A DNA stretch of 64,000 nucleotides from an uncultured Candidatus Saccharibacteria bacterium (GTDB taxonomy: Bacteria; Patescibacteriota; Minisyncoccia; Phycocordibacterales; UBA9973), in contig CAZQSY010000001.1 in the NCBI GenBank assembly GCA_964596395.1, forward strand, positions 108,091-172,090. The letters are read 5' to 3'. Below the pieces are notes generated by a model. That model was not told the DNA's origin. It saw only the letters and a list, made by a program, of their open reading frames with translations, and did no database searches. Numbering within the stretch: the first letter of the stretch is position 1; each line of letters opens with the position of its first letter. Position numbers and translations under genes: made by a program. Shown here in pieces: positions 56,937 to 64,000 of this stretch.

Positions 56937-58049
56937 ATGTTAAAAACCAATATCAAAAAACTGCCCGGAAGCGAAGTTGAAATAGAGGGAGAACTGGAAG
57001 CGGATGTTTTTGAAAAATATTTTTCGGTAGCGGTGAAAAAAATCGGCGAGAATCTGGAAATTGACGGATTCCGCAAAGGCAAGGTTCCCGAGAGCGTCTT
57101 GCTTTCGAAAGTTCCCGAATCGCGAATATTAAACGAAATGGCTGAGCTCGCGCTTTCCGAGTATTACCCGAAAATCCTAGAGGAAAACAAAATAGACGCC
57201 ATTGGCCGGCCCGAAATAACCATCACCAAGCTCGCCCGCAAAAATCCGCTCGGCTTCAAAATAAAAACCGCGGCGCTTCCCGAAGTGAAGCTTCCCGATT
57301 ACAAAGAAATAGCCAAAAAAATAATTGCGGGTATTACCGACGCGGAGAAAAATTTTGAAGCGACGGAGAAAGAAATAGAAGACACCATCTTGGATATCCG
57401 CAAATCGCGCGCGCCAAAAATTCACATGGCGGATGCGGTAAAGAGCGACGGAGAAAAGACGGAAGCAACGCTTCCTTCTGAAGACAAAATTTCTGCCGAG
57501 AAGGGTGAAAACAAGCCGGCTGAACCCGAGCTCCCCGAATTGAGCGACGACTTCGTGCGCTCGCTGGGGCCCTTCAAAGATATCGCCGACTTCAGAGACA
57601 GATTGAAAGAGAACATCAAACTCGAAAAACAAAACAATCTAAAAGAAAAGACCCGTCTGAAAATCGTGGAAAAAATCATAGAAGAAATGCGGGTAGACCT
57701 GCCCGGCGTTTTAGTTCATGCCGAACTAGACAAAATCCTGTACCGCATGGAATCCGACATCACCGCGATGGGAATGAATTTTGAAGATTATCTGAAGCAC
57801 ATCAAAAAAACACCCGAAGACCTGCGCAAAGAATTTCGCCCTGACGCCGAGAAAAAGGCAAAGCTCGAGCTCGCCATACACGGCATCGCCGAAGCGGAAA
57901 ATATTTCCGCCGACCCCGAACGGGTGGCTCAAGAAGTGTCGGCAATTTTGGAACATTATAAAGACGCCGACCCCGAACGCGCCCGCATGCACGCTGAGAA
58001 CGTGCTGACGAACGAAAAGGTGTTTGAGTTTTTGGAGGGACAAGGATAA
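56937..58049 (+). CDS. tig: Trigger factor lacking the FKBP-type PPIase domain
   Basis: N-terminal ribosome-binding signature [12 protein letters not shown]; C-terminal chaperone arm present; the middle PPIase domain is replaced by a low-complexity acidic linker. Confidence 0.8.
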   Translation: MLKTNIKKLPGSEVEIEGELEADVFEKYFSVAVKKIGENLEIDGFRKGKVPESVLLSKVPESRILNEMAELALSEYYPKILEENKIDAIGRPEITITKLARKNPLGFKIKTAALPEVKLPDYKEIAKKIIAGITDAEKNFEATEKEIEDTILDIRKSRAPKIHMADAVKSDGEKTEATLPSEDKISAEKGENKPAEPELPELSDDFVRSLGPFKDIADFRDRLKENIKLEKQNNLKEKTRLKIVEKIIEEMRVDLPGVLVHAELDKILYRMESDITAMGMNFEDYLKHIKKTPEDLRKEFRPDAEKKAKLELAIHGIAEAENISADPERVAQEVSAILEHYKDADPERARMHAENVLTNEKVFEFLEGQG

Positions 58050-58096
58050 AAATTCCCCTATTAAACAAACTCATCAAAAAGGTATATAATCAAAGT

Positions 58097-58696
58097 ATGT
58101 TAATACCAACTGTTATTGAAAAAAGTCAGTTCGGCGAGAGGGCCTATGATATTTACTCGCGGCTCTTGAGGGAGCGGATTGTCTTTTTGGCCGGGCCGAT
58201 AGACGACAATGTGGCAAATATAGTAATCGCCCAACTTCTTTTTCTAGAATCCGAAGACCAGAAGAAAGATATCTCGCTTTACATCAATTCCCCCGGCGGG
58301 TCGGTTTCGGCCACGCTCGCCATAGTTGATACCATGTCTCATATCAGACCCGATGTTTCCACTTTCTGCGTAGGCCTAGCCGCTTCCGGCGCGGCGCTCA
58401 TTCTTTCGGCCGGAAAGAAGGGTAAGCGTTTCATTCTGCCAAACGCCGAGGTAATGATTCATCAGCCCTTGGGCGGCGTGGAAGGCCAGGCGACGGACAT
58501 CGCGATTACCGCCAAGCATATTTTAAAAACGAAAGACAGCTTGAACAAAATTCTGGCGAAAAATACCGGCAAACCCCTCACACAAATCGAAAAAGACGTG
58601 GAGCGCGATTTCTTCATGGATGCCGAAGAAGCAAAAAAATACGGCATTATCGATGAGATAGTAGTGAAATCCAAAACGCCGGAGAAAAAAGAGTAG
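58097..58696 (+). CDS. clpP: ATP-dependent Clp protease proteolytic subunit
   Basis: Ser-His-Asp triad context ([19 protein letters not shown]), about 200 aa; conserved tig-clpP order. Confidence 0.9.
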   Translation: MLIPTVIEKSQFGERAYDIYSRLLRERIVFLAGPIDDNVANIVIAQLLFLESEDQKKDISLYINSPGGSVSATLAIVDTMSHIRPDVSTFCVGLAASGAALILSAGKKGKRFILPNAEVMIHQPLGGVEGQATDIAITAKHILKTKDSLNKILAKNTGKPLTQIEKDVERDFFMDAEEAKKYGIIDEIVVKSKTPEKKE

Positions 58697-58698
58697 GT

Positions 58699-60594
58699 CT
58701 ATAAAATTTTCATCACCCCTCCCTGATTTCCCGCCAAGACGTACTCGGCCACTTTGTTTTCCACGATTTCCTCCATTGCCCTTTTTATCGGCCTCGCGCC
58801 GAATTCAGGGTCGAACCCCGCCCCGGCGACTTTGTCTACGAGCGCATCGGTAATTTCCAATTTTATTTTTTTATCTTCAAATAAGCGTCCAGCAAAATCA
58901 TCCAGCATCAAAATTGTTATCTTTCTCGCCTCGGCGCTATCGAGCGGTTGAAAGAGAATGATATCGTTGAATCTGTTCATAAATTCAGGAGAAAATATTT
59001 GTTCGGAAATTAAATGATTAACCAGTTCTTTTTTGCCGATACCCGGGTTCCTGACAATTTCGGCGCTGCCGGCGTTGGAAGTGGCAATAATAAGCGACTC
59101 TCTGAAACTTGCCTCACGTCCCGAACTTCTGGTAAGCCGGCCCTCATCGAGCACCTGCAAAAGCAAGTGGTGTATCGCGGTGTGTGCCTTTTCCAACTCG
59201 TCGAAAAACACCAGCGACAAGGGAGATTCTTCGATTTCCGCGCACAACCTCTCGGTAAAGACCTCTACCGAAGAAGGCATAGAAAATTCGCTCATATCAA
59301 AGCGGAGCATCGCGTTCTTCCGGCCGAAATAGATTTCGGCCAGAATTTTCGCTGTGTGTGTCTTGCCCACCCCGGTTGGCCCGAGAAAAAGAAAACTCCC
59401 CGCCGGCTTGCTCGGGTCACTTATGCCGGTGCGAAGACGCTTGAGCGCCGCAGATACTTCTCTCACTGCTTCATCCTGGCCGATTATTTTTTTCTTCATG
59501 TTTTCCTCTAAACCCGCCAGCGCCTGCCTCTCGCCAGCGCCCAAGTCGCCGACCGGAATATTCGTCTTGTCCGAAATAATCCGTCGCGCGTCTTCGACAG
59601 TTATTTTTTTATCGAGCGTCTGCAGTTCTTCGAGAATAGACAGCGATTTTTCCGGCTCCCGTTCGTTGCCGATTAGCCGCCCCGCGAGCCGTATGATTTC
59701 CGTTACCGCTTCATCCTCTATCCTTATGCCTTTTGCTCGCGCGTTTTCTTTCAAAATGGCCGCAGTGTCGGCCTCGTTCGTTTCGGCCAAATCGACTTTC
59801 TCGAATTTAGAAAGAAACTCCGGATATTTTTTCAGAACCTGGTCGTAGTTCGCGAAATCGGTAGTGACGATAATACCCAGCCGCGGGGTCGAAAGATAAG
59901 GCATAAGCCGCTCGTACAGACCTTCGTACAGATGAATGTTTTCTATTACGGCAATCACGTTCCCGGCTGAAGCGGTTTCTTTGAGGCACGCATCAAAGTC
60001 GGGTATTGAAATACCTTCCACAAAAAGCTCTACCACTCTGTGGTTCCGAATGCCGGCGAAAGAAAGCCCCGAGCGGCCTAGCCGGCCGAGGTGCGAAAGC
60101 AGGGCCGATTTGCCGACGCCGGTGTCCCCCACCACAAGCACGTTGCGCGTTCCATCTTTCGAAAGTCCGCGCTCTATCATTCTAAGCGCGCGCTCCTTGC
60201 CGTAGATTTTCTGCGAACGAGCCGACACGAGGTCGCGACTGTGTTTGCGCAAAACATACGTGTCCATGTATGAAAGCGAGGCGCCGACGCTTCCCAAACC
60301 CTGCAGACCTTCACGGTTTATGTTAACAGGAAAAATCAAAAAAAACGGGAGCGAGATAATGACAACAAGAGTAAAGCCGAGGCCTAAAATTATCAGAAAA
60401 CTGCGAGCGATGAAACCCAAAAGCCGCGAGAGTACAAAAAAAGCGAATTTTTCGACAAACGTATAGCTCTCCCTTGTGATAGTATCCATTTTCCACGGAC
60501 GAAAGAGGGTTTTAAAAAGAAGCGGAGTGGAAAAGGCGTGAAAAGCGTAGTTCACCAAGTTCCTCCAAGACACAAGCCCTTTATGCATGGGCAT
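58699..60594 (-). CDS. Membrane-anchored Clp/Hsp100-family double AAA+ ATPase (ClpA/B-like D1+D2, N-domain replaced by TM segments)
   Basis: Two TM helices in the first 90 aa; D1 Walker A VVGDTGVGKSAL; D2 QDEAVREVSAALKRLRTGISDPSKPAGSFLFLGPTGVGKTHTA, LRFDMSEF, LVFFDELEKAH, LQVLDEGRLT closely matching ClpA/ClpB D2. Confidence 0.65.
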   Translation of the reverse strand: MPMHKGLVSWRNLVNYAFHAFSTPLLFKTLFRPWKMDTITRESYTFVEKFAFFVLSRLLGFIARSFLIILGLGFTLVVIISLPFFLIFPVNINREGLQGLGSVGASLSYMDTYVLRKHSRDLVSARSQKIYGKERALRMIERGLSKDGTRNVLVVGDTGVGKSALLSHLGRLGRSGLSFAGIRNHRVVELFVEGISIPDFDACLKETASAGNVIAVIENIHLYEGLYERLMPYLSTPRLGIIVTTDFANYDQVLKKYPEFLSKFEKVDLAETNEADTAAILKENARAKGIRIEDEAVTEIIRLAGRLIGNEREPEKSLSILEELQTLDKKITVEDARRIISDKTNIPVGDLGAGERQALAGLEENMKKKIIGQDEAVREVSAALKRLRTGISDPSKPAGSFLFLGPTGVGKTHTAKILAEIYFGRKNAMLRFDMSEFSMPSSVEVFTERLCAEIEESPLSLVFFDELEKAHTAIHHLLLQVLDEGRLTRSSGREASFRESLIIATSNAGSAEIVRNPGIGKKELVNHLISEQIFSPEFMNRFNDIILFQPLDSAEARKITILMLDDFAGRLFEDKKIKLEITDALVDKVAGAGFDPEFGARPIKRAMEEIVENKVAEYVLAGNQGGVMKIL

Positions 60595-60790
60595 ATTCTA
60601 CCATAAGATTGACTTAAGCGCGGCATGCTGTTATATTGTAACAGTCAAATTTTTACAAATTATTTTGAAATTGGTTTATAGGAATATCCATATTTTATGT
60701 TGTCGCAAAGAAAAATTTTTCTAGAAACAGTATTACTGGAAGAGTAATACCCCAACATAGTGGCTGTTTTTATAAGCCGGGAAAAGGCTT

Positions 60791-62323
60791 ATGAGTTCTA
60801 CCTTAATAATAATTCTCATTGGGGCATTAGTGCTCCTTTTGGGCGTTTCCATCGGCTACTACCTGCGCGTAATTGTTGCCCTGGGAAAAAGAAAATCGAT
60901 TGAAATCGACATCAAGCAGATGCTTGTCTCGGCTAAAGAAGAAGCGCAGAAAATCACCGACGACGCCAAGGCGAAAGCCGACAAAAAGCTCGCCGAGCTG
61001 AAGGACGAGGAAAAAAAGAAAGAGGAAGAGTTTAAAGAAACAGAGAAACGCCTTATCAAGAAAGACGAGTTTTTGGACGCCCGCCAGGTGGAAATAGACA
61101 AGGAAGTTGAAAATATTAAAACAAAAGTCGAAGAGATCAAAAAAATCCAGGAGAAAGTCCTCTCGCTGGAAGCCGAGAAACGAACGGCGCTGGAAAGGGT
61201 CTCAAAACTTTCGGAGCTCGACGCCAAAGAAGAGCTCATGCGGGACATAGAAAAGAAATATGAAGAAGACCTGCTGGTAAGAATTCAGAAACTCGAAAAT
61301 TCGAGCGATGAGAAGCTCGATAAGCGGGCCAAGGAAATTCTAGCCACTTCAATTCAGCGATTGGCTTCTTCTACCGCCGCCGAACTCATGACCACCACGG
61401 TCACCATTCCGAACAACGAAATCAAAGGAAAAATCATCGGCAAAGAAGGCCGAAACATCCGCGCCTTCGAACGGGCTGCCGGCGTCGAATTGATTGTCGA
61501 CGACACTCCGGGCTCAATTATCATTTCTTCCTTCGACCCGATTCGCCGGCAAGTGGCTCGACTGGCGCTTGAAAATCTAATACTCGACGGCCGTATTCAG
61601 CCCGCCAAGATTGAAGAGTTGGTAGAAAAAGCGCGCGAAGAAATCAACAAAATAATCAAAGAAAAAGGCGAACAGGCGGTGTATGAATGCGGAATATTCA
61701 ACTTCGACCCGCGCATTGTAGCTATTCTGGGACGCCTGTACTTCCGCACCAGTTACGGCCAAAATGTTTTGCAGCATTCTATTGAAATGGCGCACATTGC
61801 CGGCATGATTGCCGAAGAACTCGGCGCCGACGTGGCCATCGCCAAAGCCGGCGCCCTGGTGCACGACATCGGCAAGGCCCTAGACCATGAGGTGCAGGGC
61901 ACGCACGTGGAAATCGGTATCAGAATCCTCCAAAAATTCGGGGCGGACGAAAGAATAATTACCTCCATGAAATCCCACCATGAGGACTACCCGTACGAAA
62001 CGGTAGAAGCGGTAATCGTGCAAACAGCCGACGCCATATCCGGCGGCCGCCCGGGCGCGCGCCGCGACTCGGTAGAGAATTATCTGAAGCGCTTGCAGGA
62101 GCTTGAAGCGCTGGTAAACGCCTTTGAAGGAGTTGAAAAATCTTATGCCCTGCAAGCTGGCCGGGAAATTCGCATCTTCGTTACGCCCGACAAAATTTCA
62201 GACGCCGAAGCGAAAATCATGGCCCGCGACATTGCCACCAAAATCGAGCAGGAGCTCAAATACCCCGGTGAAATCAAAGTAACAATCATCCGCGAAACGA
62301 GAGTTATCGAGTATGCCAGGTAG
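60791..62323 (+). CDS. rny: Ribonuclease Y
   Basis: N-terminal TM helix, coiled coil, KH domain (GKIIGKEGRNIRAFE), HD domain (HSIEMAHIAGMIAEELG...LVHDIGKA); promoter-like TTGACT-17 nt-TATATT at 60607-60635. Confidence 0.9.
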   Translation: MSSTLIIILIGALVLLLGVSIGYYLRVIVALGKRKSIEIDIKQMLVSAKEEAQKITDDAKAKADKKLAELKDEEKKKEEEFKETEKRLIKKDEFLDARQVEIDKEVENIKTKVEEIKKIQEKVLSLEAEKRTALERVSKLSELDAKEELMRDIEKKYEEDLLVRIQKLENSSDEKLDKRAKEILATSIQRLASSTAAELMTTTVTIPNNEIKGKIIGKEGRNIRAFERAAGVELIVDDTPGSIIISSFDPIRRQVARLALENLILDGRIQPAKIEELVEKAREEINKIIKEKGEQAVYECGIFNFDPRIVAILGRLYFRTSYGQNVLQHSIEMAHIAGMIAEELGADVAIAKAGALVHDIGKALDHEVQGTHVEIGIRILQKFGADERIITSMKSHHEDYPYETVEAVIVQTADAISGGRPGARRDSVENYLKRLQELEALVNAFEGVEKSYALQAGREIRIFVTPDKISDAEAKIMARDIATKIEQELKYPGEIKVTIIRETRVIEYAR

Positions 62324-62556
62324 AAAATTTAAATTTTAATGGCTCAAATGGCAGGATTTGAGCCGTTGGGTCTTATGTTTGACAACTTTTTGACAAAATA
62401 GTCAAAGTGCCTGCCTACCGGCAGGCAGGTTCGCTTCTATTGCGTTAAAAAACCCTTGTTATATAATGTATAAGCACTTTTAAAAGTAACTTGGTCGACA
62501 AGAATCCCGTTAGGGGTCAAACTAACGGAAAAATTATAAGCTTGATTTTAAGTTCT

Positions 62557-62829
62557 ATGAATAAACAAGCATTAGCTGACTGGGTATATGGAAAAATCGG
62601 CGGCACGAAAGTGCAGGCCGAAGAGGTCGTAGATGGTCTTTTTAACGCCATCACCGACACTATGAAGAAAGGAGGTGAGGTTTCTATCGCCGGTTTCGGT
62701 ATTTTCTCGGTAAAAGCTCGCGCCGCTCGCATGGCCCGCAACCCCAAGACCGGGGAGCAGGTCAAAGTGGCCGCCAAGAAAGTTCCGAAATTCCGCCCCG
62801 CCAAAGCCCTGAAGGACGCGGTAGAATAA
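62557..62829 (+). CDS. hup: DNA-binding protein HU
   Basis: MNKQALADWV...GFGIFSVKARAARMARNPKTGEQVKVAAKKVPKFRPAKALKDAV; start at internal Met; -10 TATAAT at 62467-62472. Confidence 0.85.
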   Translation: MNKQALADWVYGKIGGTKVQAEEVVDGLFNAITDTMKKGGEVSIAGFGIFSVKARAARMARNPKTGEQVKVAAKKVPKFRPAKALKDAVE

Positions 62830-62848
62830 ATTTTCTAGGAACCAAATT

Positions 62849-62873
62849 AAAAAGCCCCGCAAGGGGTTTTTTA
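62849..62873. terminator. Bidirectional intrinsic terminator aaaagcccc-gcaa-ggggtttt between hup and lexA
   Basis: GC stem with A-run upstream and U-run downstream; serves convergent genes. Confidence 0.65.
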
Positions 62874-62883
62874 ATTTCTAATT

Positions 62884-63453
62884 CTAGTATTTTCTTATCA
62901 CCGCTTTCAGGACGGCGACAATTTTTAGGCTGTGGATGGGATAAATCGGCTCATAATTTTTGTTGGCCGGTTCGAGCCAGGCCTTGCCTCCCCGCTTGCG
63001 CAGGTACTTCATAGTAAACTCCCCGTCCACTTCGGCAATCACAATTTCGCCGTCTTCGGCGTGGTCACGTTTTTCCACCAGCACCATATCCCCCGGCTCG
63101 ATGTGCGCGTCTATCATAGAATCGCCGTCAACTTCAAGAAGATACGAAAGCGATTTGTTTTTTATTAAAAGAGAATCCAAGTTCACCGTATCGGCCAATT
63201 CTTCTTCGACAGAAGCCGGGAAGCCGGCGGTCACAAAACCGAGCTTCTTAATTTCACCGAAGGTATTCGAAGGCACCAACCTCCCCAGATGGTCTTTGGC
63301 CACTATCCCCGCCTCAATCAATTTGTTCACAATTTTAAAAACGGCGTTCTTTGACTTGAAACCGAAGAGCCCTGCCATCTCTCTATACGTCGGCATGCGC
63401 TTGTTCTTCTCGTAAAAGCTCTCTAGTTTTGTTTGGTAAAAATTCCTCACCAT
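62884..63453 (-). CDS. lexA: LexA repressor
   Basis: N-terminal wHTH, cleavage-site region VTAGFPAS (Ala-Gly), S24 peptidase Ser (VDGDSM) and Lys (FTMKYL). Confidence 0.9.
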   Translation of the reverse strand: MVRNFYQTKLESFYEKNKRMPTYREMAGLFGFKSKNAVFKIVNKLIEAGIVAKDHLGRLVPSNTFGEIKKLGFVTAGFPASVEEELADTVNLDSLLIKNKSLSYLLEVDGDSMIDAHIEPGDMVLVEKRDHAEDGEIVIAEVDGEFTMKYLRKRGGKAWLEPANKNYEPIYPIHSLKIVAVLKAVIRKY

Positions 63454-63474
63454 AAAAAAATCCTGCCCGCAATG

Positions 63475-63672
63475 CTAGGCAAAGCGCAGCAGGCGGGGAA
63501 AAATCTTTCTGAAAAAATTCTGCCGGTTGTGAAAGCGGATTTTTTTAAGCAAGAGCTTGTGGTCTCTCGCTTCCCTCTTGTACTCTTCCCCGCGCAAGAT
63601 TTTGAAGTCAATTATTCTGTTAATCCTATTGATTTCTTTTTCTATGGTTTGTAAATATTGTTTTTGCGACAT
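63475..63672 (-). CDS. Small basic protein co-transcribed upstream of lexA from an SOS-box promoter
   Basis: 66 aa from Met at 63672 (MSQKQYLQTIEKEINRINRIIDFKILRGEEYKREARDHKLLLKKIRFHNRQNFFRKIFPRLLRFA); the ATG is 7 nt after the -10; ORF track lists 63475..63708. Confidence 0.45.
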   Translation of the reverse strand: MSQKQYLQTIEKEINRINRIIDFKILRGEEYKREARDHKLLLKKIRFHNRQNFFRKIFPRLLRFA

Positions 63673-63678
63673 GCAAAT

Positions 63679-63708
63679 AGTATAAGTGAACGAGCGTTCA
63701 CCTGTCAA
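63679..63708 (-). promoter_or_regulatory. LexA-regulated promoter: TTGACA - spacer containing SOS box GAACGCTCGTTC (GAAC-N4-GTTC) - TATACT
   Basis: Minus strand reads TTGACAggtGAACgctcGTTCacTTATACTatttgcATG; plus-strand box at 63688-63699. Confidence 0.6.
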
Positions 63709-63725
63709 ATGTAAGGTGTGGATAA

Positions 63726-63968
63726 CTAAAGTGGCTCAAATAGTTCTTCCAGTTCTTTTCTTTTCTCCGGATTAATTTTCGCGCTGAAAAATTCAGACAA
63801 CAATTCGGGTTCGTAGAAAGTTATGGGTTTTTCAGCCGCCATATTTATCAATTCATCCAAAGTCATAGGCGTGAATTCTATTTTTTCTCCTCCATCCAAT
63901 TCAGGAAGGGCTACTTTTTTCAACTTTCTGCCTATAAATACGTAAACCGCCCATTCGACTTTAGCCAA
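63726..63968 (-). CDS. Hypothetical small acidic protein
   Basis: 80-aa ORF, no recognisable motif. Confidence 0.3.
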   Translation of the reverse strand: MAKVEWAVYVFIGRKLKKVALPELDGGEKIEFTPMTLDELINMAAEKPITFYEPELLSEFFSAKINPEKRKELEELFEPL

Positions 63969-64000
63969 TGGCTGGAGAGCCTTCCATAAAACTAAATCAC

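Overview
The window looks like a gene-dense fragment of a small-genome bacterium, probably a Patescibacteria/CPR-like organism. That placement is inferred from the short housekeeping proteins, the alpha2-type GlyRS, a minimal pilM/N/O/Q-less type IV pilus locus, giant surface proteins and the many NUDIX genes. Most of the window is core machinery: ftsK, recA, efp, the rpsF-ssb-rpsR operon, tatD, metG, glyQS, recO, ileS, argS, dut, tmk, glyA, rnhA, recJ, pgk, tpiA, nusA, an H+-pyrophosphatase, tig, clpP, rny, hup and lexA. It also carries four NUDIX hydrolases, a split ComEC and a Fe/Mn SOD. On the minus strand a type IV pilus operon (pilB, pilC, three prepilin-like genes, a large pilus-associated protein) is headed by a 2281-aa secreted protein made of InlB-B-type repeats with a thrombospondin type-1-like module. 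The most unusual observations are: (1) a ~95-115 bp nested inverted-repeat element in three copies, two bracketing ftsK and one inserted in frame (93 nt, 31 codons) in ileS, an RPE-like situation; (2) a ~190-aa histidine-phosphatase (PGAM-fold) domain inserted into the IleS catalytic core; (3) a T-box leader with an AUC specifier and the GGUGGUACC box in front of ileS; (4) two paralogous small PaaX-like wHTH regulators, each bracketed upstream and downstream by its own co-varying composite palindrome; (5) a LexA-regulated promoter (GAAC-N4-GTTC box in the -35/-10 spacer) driving a small basic ORF followed by lexA; (6) a membrane-anchored double-AAA+ Clp/Hsp100-like ATPase next to clpP; (7) several families of GC-rich, sometimes nested, palindromic intergenic modules. 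No rRNA, tRNA or CRISPR array was recognised.
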